From assembly GCA_964234715.1 (NCBI GenBank), contig OZ174285.1: 64,000 nucleotides of DNA; one strand, written 5' to 3'. Position numbers and translations under genes: made by a program. This document shows positions 50,526-63,274 of this stretch, piece after piece. The notes below the pieces were generated by a model. It made no database searches, had not been told where the DNA came from, and worked only from the letters and a program-made list of their open reading frames with translations. Position 1 is the first letter of the stretch. Every line of letters starts with the position of its first letter. The stretch is from Podarcis melisellensis (lineage: Eukaryota).

Positions 50526-52686
50526 CTAAAAATAGGCTAACCAACTAAACGTCCTTCGGCTGCACTCTGTCCCCTGAACATACTCTGGTACATATATGTC
50601 AATTACATTAAAAACAAAATAAAAATTCCAGCATGAACAGGAAACAAGACCAAAATTGTAGAAAGCCAAGTTTTAATAGCACTCTAAGAACATTCCATTC
50701 ATGACCCCAAACAAAAGGAAATGAATGTATATGAGAAGATGAACTAACTAATTATTCAGTTTGGATACAAAAGTTCATGACAAAAAGATCTATAACTAGA
50801 AATTCAGTTTCACAGTGAGTGCATGCCTTCACTAATAACTCGCAGGAAGGACCCCTGCAGTAGATTATTTTATTTTCCACACAGGACTTCATAATTATGA
50901 ACATACGACTACAATTTAAAGCTGCATGAACTCCTGAATAGATCTCAGACCAGCCAAACAATAATTACCTACTGCTTTGATATTGCGGTTTCTGCTGAAA
51001 GGTTTATAAAATATAGTAGATGAAAAGAGTGAGAATTAATAACCTGGAATAGCAACTTTAAAAAAAAAGCACCGCATAACTTTTGTCGCAACAGTCTGAA
51101 CTCAAACTCAACTAGCCCTCATACAAGCATACAATCGCTTACAATAACTTACATACAAAATGATTTTTTAAATAGTAAATAAGTTTATGTTTTGCCATAT
51201 ATTACTGTAATCAATGGACTTGTCTGGAGGTAATGCAGGAACTCTGCCAAGTAAGGGGGAAACATATGTCTGGCCTGGGGATGAGCAAGTGGCGATGCCT
51301 GGGCCAAATCTGGCCCAGCTGATCTCCAGTTAACCACCCTTCCCTAAGGGGCCTTCCAGTGAAACCACAGATGCCAACTTAAGATTTAATCTGCCGCTAA
51401 GCGAGACCCTTCTTTTAACAAAATACCGTTTCCCTACCAAGGTGCAATCATGCTATCTCTACCAACACTTTCAAATGCCTATTTTTACCTAAGCATGAAG
51501 GTCTGCTAAACAGAGAAATCAAATGCTGGAAATGGCATTTCCTCTGCCCCCACCTGCTACGTCTCCATATCCTACAAACCATTCTCCAAAGCATCCCCCA
51601 AACCCCAGGACAGATTTTTAGGAGGGTACAGTGAAGTGAAAAGGGGAAGGATGGAAAACCCCGTTCTGTGACTATATTCTGTTCACAGAAGGAGTTAGGA
51701 TCTTGTTGCAGAATTAGGGACAAACATATGAATGCTATGTTCTAAAGTGGGTGGGATGGATTCTGAAGTCTGATATTACTAAAAGTCTGACATGACTTTT
51801 GCTACTTTGCTTCTGGACAAAAAGGACAATTTCCTCATCCTTCGCATAATGGCAAAACTGTTCCTAAAAGTGACTGCAACGAAGAAGAATCACAGGATTT
51901 GTGTTATTTTATAAGAAGTCTTGTCGTTTGGAAGTGAATGCAGAGGAATAGAAGTTCTGTTGAGCAGAGTGAAAAGATCAGGTTTTCCTACTTACCCATT
52001 CACAGTACCCATCTGTTTTTATGTTTTGTGTTACACTTTTATACTTCATTTATTATATTGACTGTGTCCATAATGGAGAAAAGAACATTTTAGATATATA
52101 TCGGGCTCAAATTTCGAAAGCTGTTAGAGATGCTTTTACGAACTGGAAATTTGCCAGATCAGAATAGCTTTTTCACTGGATTTGGTCAAGCATTTCTGGT
52201 TAACAAATTTTGGGGCTGCTCCAGTAGCTCTGCTGAAGCAGCAGCTCCATCAGGCTCCTTCCTCAAGTGCTACTTGGCAGTATCCATCCCATCAGGCTGC
52301 AGCAGCAATTCAGATGGGAAGCAGTGCCAGTCAGCTGTTTTGGGAGCAGCTGGTCATTTTAAAAACTACTTCACAAGTTTAAAAAAATGGTGCCTGAGGG
52401 TGCTTGTTTTCCTCTTTCCTCCCCATTCCTTTTACCTTTTGATTACAAGCCTCAGGGCAAAAAGGACTGTCTTGACTGATCATCTGGAAGTCACTCCGGG
52501 AGCCTTTCTGGCAAAGAGTGGTATAAAAATGCTTTCAAACTAAGGTATATTATAGATGCCACAGAGGTTCTGCTGAATGCCTCAGTGAAAACTTGGTTTG
52601 CTTCCATTATTTGGAGAAAAAAAGCAACTATTGGTTTTGCCACCTGATCCCTAGGTTTGATGTCATATTTTGTAACAACTACAGTA

Positions 52687-52925
52687 CAGTCATACCTCAG
52701 GTTAAATACGCTTCGAGTTGAGCGCGTTTGAGTTGCGCTCTGTGGCAACCCAGAAGTAACGGAGCGCGTTACTTCTGGGTTTCGCCGCTTGCGCATGCAC
52801 AGACACTCAAAATGACGTCACGCACATACACACACACGTGCAGATGTGCTGTCGCTAGATACGTTTACCTCTAGATGCGAACAGGGCTCCAGAACGGATC
52901 CCATTCGTAGCAAGAGGTACCACTG
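52687..52925. mobile_element. Tc1/Tigger-like MITE
   Basis: TA-CAGTCATACCTC...GAGGTACCACTG-TA; same family as 20592. Confidence 0.9.
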
Positions 52926-52946
52926 TACTTTTGCAAGACACTCCCT

Positions 52947-53178
52947 GTTTGTTTGTTTGTTTATTTCATCTATATCCCACCTTTCCTCTAGAGAGCTTAG
53001 GGTGGTGTACACAGTTCTCTTTCCCCTTTTATCGGCACAACAACCCTATGAGGTAGGTTAGTCTGAGAGAGAATGACTGGCCAACGGTCATCCAAAGAGC
53101 TTCAGGAGTGATTGGGGATTTGAACCCTGGTCTCCAAGGTCCTAGTCCAACACTCTAACCTCTACAACCACACTGGCC
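52947..53178 (-). mobile_element. tRNA/CORE-type SINE (MIR/Squam3-like)
   Basis: CACAACAACCCTATGAGGTAGG CORE-like segment; GGATTTGAACCC reverse B box; (TTTG)n tail. Confidence 0.8.
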
Positions 53179-53785
53179 CTACCTATATCAGGTTGCCTTT
53201 AGCTGCCTTATACCAAAGGACCAATATACATGGTCCATTAACGGTCATTAAATGGCAGCAGCACTTTGTGGTCTTTTTTACCAGTTCTGCTTTCAGAGAG
53301 CCTTTAAAAAGAAATGCAGGTTTGAATATTAAGTGCTTTGCATGCAAATGCAGATGGTCTACCTATGAGCAATGGCATCTTCCCTTCAAGGTTAAAGAAA
53401 GGGGTTGTAACATTTCCTCTCCACTCTTTAACTGGGTGTTATGGTCGTCTGTAACTTTTAGTCCAAAGGGACTATTTAATTCTGTGAAGTGTTTCGAAAT
53501 CATGACACCACAAAGAGCTTGGCTTATAAATCAGAACAGTAGGCAAGCATTCAGCACCAACAAGGACATACTTTTAAGTTAGTACCCAGCAACATTTATA
53601 ACCACAGCAAAACAGCAGCGTTTATGAACTATTTCTAGCCCAAGGCGAAAGAGATTGTCACAAGTTCTTCAAAGATGGTTATGTAAAAAGGGAGCAGAAA
53701 GATGAAGCAAAGTCTTAATGGGACATGATAATGGTGCATCCATTAAATGGCCATTAATAATATAATCTAAGTAATTCTATGGTTA

Positions 53786-54147
53786 GGGGACGCAGGTGGC
53801 GCTGTGGGTTAAAGCCTCAGCGCCTAGGACTTGCCGATCGAAAGGTCGGCGGTTCGAATCCCCGCGGTGGGGTGCGCTCCCGCTGCTCGGTCCCAGCGCC
53901 TGCCAACCTAGCAGTTCGAAAGCACCTCCGGGTGCAAGTAGATAAATAGGGACCGCTTACCAGCGGGAAGGTAAACGGCGTTTCCGTGTGCGGCTCTGGC
54001 TCGCCAGATGCAGCTTTGTCACGCTGGCCACGTGACCCGGAAGTGTCTCCGGACAGCGCTGGCCCCTGGCCTCTTAAGTGAGATGGGCGCACAACCCCAG
54101 AGTCTGTCAAGACTGGCCCGTACGGGCAGGGGTACCTTTACCTTTAC
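53786..54147 (+). mobile_element. Sauria SINE, distinct subfamily
   Basis: Full length, CpG-rich, diagnostic GTGTCTCCGGACAGCGCTGGCCCC segment; TSD TAATTCTATGGT. Confidence 0.93.
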
Positions 54148-55810
54148 TAATTCTATGGTCATTCCCTAACACCATTCTCCGAACACAACTGAAATATTTG
54201 ACATCTTGGAGTTTCAAGTAAATGGGATTGTTGCTGTCTCACAAACTTGATGGTCAATCTAAACTTCTGCAGGGTATTTGCATTGTTTCATGTCTGTCTG
54301 TCTTGCATACACCATGTGGTAGGGCTGGGAGATGTCAGCTTTTCAACACTGCAGTGTATCACCAGCCAAACATCACAATATGGCTATGCATTGTGTTGCA
54401 AGCTAGGAGAGGGGAAGGACAATCGCCATCTCCTTGCTTTGAATCGTTCGTTTGCCACCTTCCCAGCGCCACAGTACCTTCCCCTCAGGGCAGATGATTT
54501 CCCAAGGAGCCGATTTCTCCTCTGGGCTGTGGTGCGTGTCCCCCCACGCCGATTTCAAACCTCTTTCACTGCATGCCCAATTCTCCATGCTCCTTCATCC
54601 ACCCATCTCAAGCCTGCCCAAGGCTGCTTGTTCCTGCCACCGGGCGCTAGAAGCGGAGGAACTAAGGAGCAGTGGTGGTTTCACTCACAGTATACCACTG
54701 GGTGAAGCCACCAGAACACTCTGGCCCTCATACATCGCCTCATACATTGGTACATCGCCCAGGCCCACCATGTGGAAGTCAAATTCCTCATGGGGCTATC
54801 CCACACGACCGCTGTGCACATGTATACAACAACCACAAGGGTGTTGTAGATATCCCTTGTCTCTCTTTGGCAAGGTCTAAGTAGGCTTTGAGATTAAATT
54901 TAAAGGAAGGGAAGAAGCACAATGAAGCATAGCAAGGAGTTCCTGGCAAAAGGGGATTTAAAATCTCAGCTCAAGTGATTATATTGTCTAAAAGTTATGC
55001 TTTTCCTGTTTTTATCAATTCCTCAATTATGAGCCAACTAACCAAGAAGTAAGTACAAAAAATAGTAACACCCTATTGCTCAGCAGGATGCTACATCCTT
55101 GAACTTCCTGCAGTGGTGCTTCCTGTAAATTAAGAAACATCCGCACAGAGAACAATTTTAGTAAGGTTTGCAGGAATAATGTCTGCTTAAGGAAACTCCA
55201 CGTTACCCAAATATAACCTGTATAACTCCATATAACCCAAATATTATACTTGCTTCTTTTTCCTCACAGAGTTTAGTGCTTAGAGGAGTTCGGAGTATAA
55301 GTAGAATTTTTTTTCTTTAGATTCAGTATCAGCAAAACATTACTATGTGCATACAGAAATGATCAGAACTGAGCTAGGAGTGCTCCATTTATAAAAGAAT
55401 AAGACACTTGCCTGAGCTTGTGGAGCAGAGCTGAGAAAGGGACAGACTGTGTTCACAGATAACAACAACATCATAGTCTGCTGCTCCCATTTTCCAAGAC
55501 TGCTAGACAGTGTCAAACACTTACTTGTGACTGTTTTTGCCAAAGATTTCTGAGTAATATTCAGGGTCACTAAGGTTTTTTTTTGTTTTTTTTTTGGAAG
55601 CTTAGCTGATTATATATAGCATTCTCCAGTGGAACCTGTAGCAAAGCATTGCAGTTATCTCCAGTCTCTAAACGGAGGAGGGTTCCTCGTCAGGGCTTCA
55701 GCTAGCCTGGAACAGGGAGCCTGTGTAGGCCTCTCAGGAGAGGGAGACGTTTAGGGGATAGGAAGAGGAAAGGACACATCCTGGCCACACCCTAAACCCT
55801 GTACCATATA

Positions 55811-56046
55811 CAGTGGTACCTCTGGTTACTTCAGATTACATACACTTCAGGTTACAGACTCCACTAACCCTGAACTAGTACCTCAGGTTAAGAACTTTGC
55901 TTCAGGATGAGAACAGAAATCGTGCTCTGGCGGCACGGCGGCAGCAGGAGGCCCCATTAGCTAAAGTGGTGCTTCAGGTTAAGAACAGTTTCAGGTTAAG
56001 AACGGACCTCCAGAATGAATTAAGTACTTAACCTGAGGTACCACGG
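55811..56046. mobile_element. Tc1/Tigger-like MITE (inverse orientation of 11496 and 32999)
   Basis: TIRs CAGTGGTACCTC / GAGGTACCACGG; TA TSD. Confidence 0.9.
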
Positions 56047-58644
56047 TATTAGCAGAAGGATTTCATTGCAGAACATTTAATAGTGGCATAGTGGTGGGTG
56101 GGGTCCTGGAGACTGGAAAAGGAAACATGCTCCTTTTTCCTTCATTTCCTGCTGAAACATTCTTGTATAAGTGCAGGGGCTGGGGGGGGGGCAACCCCCC
56201 ATACTCCCTCCAGGATTCAATATAAGCTGTTAGGGCTCTAAGGTGGCCTACTGCCTCTCATTACCTGCCCTCCATTTTTCTCCCCCTTGGCTTACACTGT
56301 AACATTCAATATCTCCTCTGCTCGTACACTCAATTGATGGTCTGTCTACAGGAGTCTAATTTATGCTCTTTTTCAAATCCCTTTACTCTCTCGTTTCAAA
56401 TGCCAATGAATTCTGTAAGTCCTAGAACCATTTTGGTCTTGAAAAAGGAAAACCCTTTTAATTTATAAGCACATATACTTCTGTATCCTGCGAAAGCCCC
56501 CAAAGCATATAAGATGCCACTCCCTTCTTTTTGAGTGGCCTTGTTGTGCTTCCAATCACCTGTGGTTAATGTTGAAATGAATAATTTCTATTCTGAGGCA
56601 GGTCAAGCTAGGAAAGGATACCTGCAACAGTAAGATCTGCATTAATTGGACTGGGAGATAATGAGATCACTAGGAAACCTGCTGTCGCTAAATTAATAAA
56701 GCTTTCATTGCCTAGAAAAACTATTTGAAAACTAGACATGATAGGGGAACAACTTGAAAAGCATTTAACACACCTAAAATACATGAAATGTGTTCCCATG
56801 ATATGTCATAGACTAAAAAAACTATTAGAAGGGATTCACTGTTGGATCAGAGAGCTTAAAGTTGACACAACTACCCAGAAGATTGTCAGGAACGGATAAT
56901 GTCCTGTTCTGTAAAGGTCTTATCTTAAACAGTTAACTCACAAAGCAAGTATAAAAGTTTCAGTGACAGCACAATATTGCACATGCCTACTCATAAGTCA
57001 GTCCCATTGAGTTCAGTAGGTCTTGTTCCCAGGTAAATGTGTATAGAGTCGCAGCTGAAGAAAACTTTTATCTTCATAATCCCAAAAGGTAGTATTTCAC
57101 TCTGAAGCACATACAGCACTACAAGATGTTAGTTACAATTTGTACAGTTAGTATATCATGCTTGCCATTTATCAATATGAATTGGTTTAACACGACAAAT
57201 TGTTTAGACTAGTAATCAGCCCAAACCTAAACTCCTTTGAGCTTGTGTGAGTAGCTACCACAAAGTTATTTGGCTTTGAAGTTTAAAAATATCACTGGCA
57301 TTGTAAGCACTAACATATGCAATCAAAATATAAATTCAAATTATGCCATTTTTGGTTTGGAAATATTTTGCTGAACCCTTGCTTGCTTAATTTAAAAAGT
57401 CAGGAGTAACTCCTCATTTAATAGGCATATTAAATGGCATAAACTCTGGACAAAATAAAAGCTTTCTCTTATTCTGCATAGAAGCCAAGACCCCAAAAGC
57501 CAATTTTGCGTACCCAAAGCTGTACTTGTGTTTTATGAACAGCTGCCTTGAATCCTGTATAGTAAAAAGCTCTCAAAACCAAGGGGAGCAGCAAAAGAAA
57601 TCTAGGATCTGGCATGGAGGGATGGGGAGATGAAATCTGCTGTTGGACTATAAAATCCCACTGGGTGGGTACAAACTCTTGAATAAGCTTAAAGTAGCTC
57701 TTTGGATGCTGGCCAAAAGCAACCCTTGTGATGCTCCAATTTTAAGCATGTATCAGCTCCGGTGGGGTTATCTCCATTCCTTCAGCTGTATGTATGTTTA
57801 TGCATTTTGATGCATGAAGCTCATATAGTGCGAGGTGGCACATTTTTAAAAAATCATTTTTTTTTAATGTTATGCTCTTCATTAAAGCCATAGAACAGTT
57901 TGCAAGTAACAGTATAAAACGCATAATCATAAACAGTTAATTAAAAAAAATACAGTTAAAATCTCCTAAACCAACTCAACCGTTACAAAGAGCAGTGGGC
58001 AATACTGTTCAGTAAATCAGATGTCTAAAAAGCTTCTTTAAAGCAACATCAAAAGGACCCAATGCCCTTTGTATTCAGCATACAAAGGAGCGCAACATAT
58101 GCAAACATTGCAAATGTTCGGATATAAAAATGTGCAACTGTCATGACACTATTTGATCATCCTTATCAGCTGATTGCAACGCAGTATTTCTAAAAGCATT
58201 GTCTTTAAAAGTTTTAAAGAGAAAGCACTTCCGCTGAAACATCACTGGACAGAAAAAGCATTAAGCGGTTAAATTACCATCACCCGCTGTGGATGAAGTC
58301 CATTAGGAAGTTTTACCAAAAAAATAACCTGCCTAAAAAGAGTGGCAGCGTAAGATCACATACCTACTAAAATAAGGAGGTCAATTTTACAAACCCTCCT
58401 TAATACAAAGGCACATTCTGTGCTGGACCAAAATAATTTCATTTTGCTGTTAGAACATAAACCGCAATGAAAAATACACACACATACGCACCTAAAGTAC
58501 TATGGTGTGCCCAGTCTGAGGAACGGAGCCATCACATCAGGTGATTATGCACTTTGAAGTTCTGAAGCCAGGACTTCAAAAGGACCTCACAACCAACAAA
58601 GTACTGCTAAAACAAAATAACCCACACACACCCCTTTCTTTCTA

Positions 58645-59150
58645 GCAGCAAGTTTCTATGAACAACCTTTTCCTGATTTGAAACAAATGGAAAGACCCAC
58701 TGGACTCACCTGAAGGGTGTATCTTCACGCCAACATCTTGGACCTGCTCTAAACAAGAGGCATTGCTCCTGACATGGACAGAGGTCAATGTGGAGCGTGT
58801 CAATGGAAAAGCAAATGAGCAAGCCAACTGGTTGAGCAGAGGGACCCTACAACAAGGGAAACGGCATTTATCTGACCAACTATTCTGCCAAATCCAAAGG
58901 GAATTCAGGCTGATCCAACTAGAGCTGTCCACTTTTCACCTCAGCAACCAAACACCAAGGTTCTTTTCCAGGTACCACCCACAAGTAGAAGCCATGGATG
59001 CCCTCCACACAAACTGGTCCAAGGGACTGACTCCTGTTTACTTTCCCCCCTAATGCCTCTTCTAGCCATAACCCTCAAGAAGATACAGTAGGAATCACAA
59101 GAAGACCCTGGTTCACCGAGAAAACATGAAAGCCACCACGGCATCTAACC
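58645..59150 (+). mobile_element. DIRS-type retrotransposon fragment (RNase H end and downstream MT-like region), degenerate
   Basis: NGKANEQANWLSR...LFCQI...NQTPRFFSRY...EAMDAL...W.KGL...FPP follows the DIRS pattern GxxNxxADxLSR...RFFSR...DAL..W...FPP. Confidence 0.75.
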
Positions 59151-59846
59151 AGTGTCCCCAGACCTTCTCACACCAGCATAGGAGACAAAAATCTTCATTT
59201 TAGAAGGGGACTCCATTCTACTTAGCTGGGTTCAAGTGAGCAAAAGTTCCCTACAGGGAGCTCTCTCCATCATTCAAATGAGCAAGACTGACCTCACCAT
59301 ACATCAACTGCTGCATGGAAGCTTTACTCAACGATATAATCTGCAGGAGCATTGCTGACTGTCCCACAAGTTGATGAAGCTCATCTGATAGCAAAAAGAA
59401 ATCAAGCCTTTAGTACAATTGGCCTAATCCTGCACAATTCTCTGTCCATAGATATTCAGCAGGTACCTTCTGTTTTAAGCTTTAAAAATCTTATTATAAG
59501 CATTGAAAAAATATCTTCCTTTAATAATTAACTGATCTATTATTTGAAATCTTTACATGGTTTTTATTGGGTATATGTGTTTGTGGGTTTCATTAGCTGC
59601 ATAGTTTTTTTGTATGAATAGCGGTATTTTATGCATACAATAAAAATAACACATTATGTTATTTAACACAACATAACATAACAACATAACATAATCATAA
59701 TGTGTTAATAAAAATAACACATTACGATTGATCTCCTTGTTAGTTTTGTAATTGAACTTAATTTTCTCACGCTTATGGGGACTGAAATATTCACCAAGTG
59801 TGAATCCGTGGCAGCCATCTTGGGTTCCAATATGAAAACTACTTAC

Positions 59847-59926
59847 CTGATTGGCAACAGCTTCTCCAACATAATGCAAGTAGCTCTAACTAAAACATAC
59901 GCCTGCCACTTGCAGCAATGAGCTTC
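59847..59926 (-). CDS. Exon B (80 nt) of the unrecognised minus-strand gene
   Basis: Acceptor gtgtttcctcttAG|G and perfect donor CAG|GTAAGT; open only in the frame entering from exon A (EAHCCKWQAYVLVRATCIMLEKLLPI). Confidence 0.65.
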
Positions 59927-60826
59927 CTAAGAGGAAACACACTGTATCTAATTTTTTAAAGTTTTGAGCATTTGGAAAGAAAGAATAAGTGTACAAAGCT
60001 TCTGTTTATAAGACCTGCGCATGATTATTGTATGAGATAGGCATGATACCCACTTTAGAAGGAGAAATTAAAACCAGCTGCCTTGTAATTTTATTTCAAT
60101 ATATGCTGAAAATATTTTTATTGTGACAGGTGTAAAGCATGGCATGAATTCAAGAGGTAATAGCTTGAAGATGGCAAGGCTTTGAACCGTCACAACAAAA
60201 CAGTAACTTCTATTAGGTTACTTTTCCTAAATCAATGTCAATTACAATAACCTACTCATGGAACCTTTTCTAATCTAGCTGCCTTCTCAAACCCACTTCA
60301 AGAAGATAGAAGCTCTCTCATTCGCCACTACTTATCATCATTGTTAGGTATTTTACATAAACAAGTAGGCAAGCAAGAAAACCTCCTGATAAATTAATGT
60401 AATCATTCACTCATTTATCGCTAGAGACCGATACAAAAAAAACCTTTAGTCATGTTACCTATAAAAGCTTTTAGAGTGCCTCGCAAATTTATGCATACGT
60501 GCCTCTTTCAAGTGACATTTAACTTACTTTCCTGTCTTACTGACATTTATTGAATGACCTAGTTTGGCTGAAGTTACTAGAGTGAAAAAGTATCTTCAGT
60601 TTGATAAGTAATTTTGCCCAGACACAGTGTCTCATTCTGAACAGCATACAAGCATCTACGTCCCTGATTGCAAAAAGCTGATTATTCATACACATATTTA
60701 GGGGGGTGTGGAGGGTAGGGGAGGTTAGAGAGAAATGTGGTACTTCTAAAAGAACCTTCTTTAAAAATGCAAAAGTAAAGGTTTTCCCACTATTAACCCA
60801 AACACTGAAATATATGCTATGAAGTA

Positions 60827-61034
60827 CAGTGGTACCTCGGTTATGGAAGACCGTTCCACTTCCTAAACATTCGACATCCGAGGCGCAATGGGTGGTTGGC
60901 AAATTCCATTGAGAAAATCAGGAAACATGCCTCGGAAACCATTCAACATCCGAGGCACGTATGCAAACGGAAGCATTTACTTCCGGGTTTTTGGCCTTCG
61001 AAAACCGAAACGTTCGACAACCCAGGTACCACTG
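60827..61034. mobile_element. Tc1/Tigger-like MITE
   Basis: TA-CAGTGGTACCT...AGGTACCACTG-TA. Confidence 0.85.
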
Positions 61035-62803
61035 TACCTACATGACTGTGTTGAAATTATCTCGCAGGTGGCAACATTACTTAAAAGCAACTCCTCTTAA
61101 TTAATTAATTTCACTTATATATCTTGTCTTTCCTATCTGGAGTTTAGGGCAGCATACATGGTCCTCTCCTTTCTACCTCACAATAACCTTGAAGTAGTAG
61201 GCTAATTCAGAGTTAATGAAAATGAGGCTAGCCTCTTCCAAGGCTTGCACACACTCTGTCATTCACTAGGGTGGCCACAAGGAGGAATCTGGAAACTTTG
61301 CTGTGTATTTTTGATTAAACATAGTTTACTGTGGCATCCAAAGCTGGACAAACCGTGGTTAATTTTAGTAGAAACAAGCCATAATTAACGAAGCTAAATT
61401 GTTTTCATGAGCCACAGCTAAGATTAACCACAGTTTAAGTTTGGACAGTGTGCTGAAGTGTTCATCTAAGACAGAAGCTTCCGGTCTCCTGTGGTGGAGG
61501 AAAGTGATGGGGAGAGGAAGGAGGGCACAAGAGCCTGGGGGGAAAGCTAAGTTAATATGAAGTGAGCTTCATGGCTGATTTGGGATTTGAATCTGGCTCC
61601 TCGGCCAACACATTAAACCAGTTCTCTGTTTTGGCAGTAACAGGGAACTCTGGTTTAAAATAAGCCAGGATCTCCATATCAAAGATGGCAATAATAGTAA
61701 CACAGAAGCCAGTAACTGCTCAGTTTTGCAATTCCTTGTAATTCAAGCCAACCTTCAGCTTTTCAATGTGTACTGTTCTATTATGTTTATGTTTATTATG
61801 TTTATGTTTTGGAAGCCGTCCAGAGTGGCTGGGGCAACCCAGTTAGATAGGCTGGCTACAATGGTTGCTGTTGATTGTTGTTGTTGTTATACCAAGTTTT
61901 ATTGTGCAATTTACTTCTTAAATATTAATTACAAAACCATACATACTAGATTCAAGTATTCCTGGGTAGAAGTATTATTTTGTACTGGAGCTTGATATAA
62001 ACTGATACTGGATTTTTTGGCCTGTCATCTCCGCTGGCTTACTTAGAACTGGGAATACCCAAGTTCAAAACCCCATTCAGACATGAAGTCCACTAGTTAA
62101 AACTTCAGTGTAGTCATCATCTCTTTGCCTAATCCACCTCTGCTTTTATAGTTCCTGACATAAACAAAGCCCACCAGAAAGGTCATTTTGCTGGAAATAC
62201 TTTAAGAAACGCTACCCAGAACACCCTCTCCATTCCCAGCTCACAAATCAAATGACTAGAGTGGCACCCCTTCTTGAATGCAACACACACACACACATAT
62301 ACACACAGCAAGTGCCCACAGCACTATCCCAAACAAAACATTGCTGTGTTGGAGAAAAAAAGAGGTTGGCTTCTAAACAAATCCAGTTTCTAATATACTG
62401 TATCCTGATATTTTATATGCCAATTACATTCATTAATCTTATCAAACTTTATCGACTCAAATTATATCTCTGGCTGTAGACTGAGCCTGGTGGCAGATAG
62501 GAAGCCATTCACTGTTATCTTGAAAGTTCAGTAATGTAACACACCTGAAAGATTTAATGAGCGACTTGGAAACTAGTCAGCTTGGCCTTTAGATGAAGAC
62601 TGGTTATGCTGCAATACCAAACGCAGCCTAGAGTTTAAAGCACAGCAGATACCTAAATCACATGTGCAAAATTAATGTATAATTGCAACCAACAACTGTG
62701 GAACGTGAAAATGTTCAGTTTCTTTTCCTTTATGCAGCTCACGATGCTACACAGTTCTCTCCTCAATAGGGCATCTATTCAAGAAACAGCTAACAGGTCC
62801 CTA

Positions 62804-63148
62804 AAGGTAAAGGGACCCCTGACCATTAGGTCCAGTCGTGGCCAACCCTAGGGTTGCAGCGCTCATCTCGCTTTAGTGGCCGAGGAAGCCAGCGTACAGC
62901 TTCCGGGTCATGTGGCCAGCATGACTGAACCGCTTCTGGTGAACCAGAGCAGCGCACGGAAACGCCGATTACCTTCCTGCTGGAGCGGTACCTATTTATC
63001 TACTTGCACTTTGACATGCTTTTGAACTGCTAGGTTGGCAGGAGCTGGGACCGAGCAATGGGAGCTCACCCCGTCGCGGGGATTCGCCGACCTTCTGATC
63101 GGCAAGCCCTAGGCTCTGTGGTTTAACCCACAGCGCCACCCGCGTCCC
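62804..63148 (-). mobile_element. Sauria SINE
   Basis: Full length; TSD AACAGGTCCCTA. Confidence 0.95.
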
Positions 63149-63274
63149 AACAGGTCCCTAGTTTTGTGCAAAAGCAAATATTAACAGAAGAAGAGATGTT
63201 AATCTCTTCTGCTGCTTGGGCTTCTGGTAATGCTGCAACCCAGGTGTAAAAAAGTGGGTGAGGAAACAACTCAC

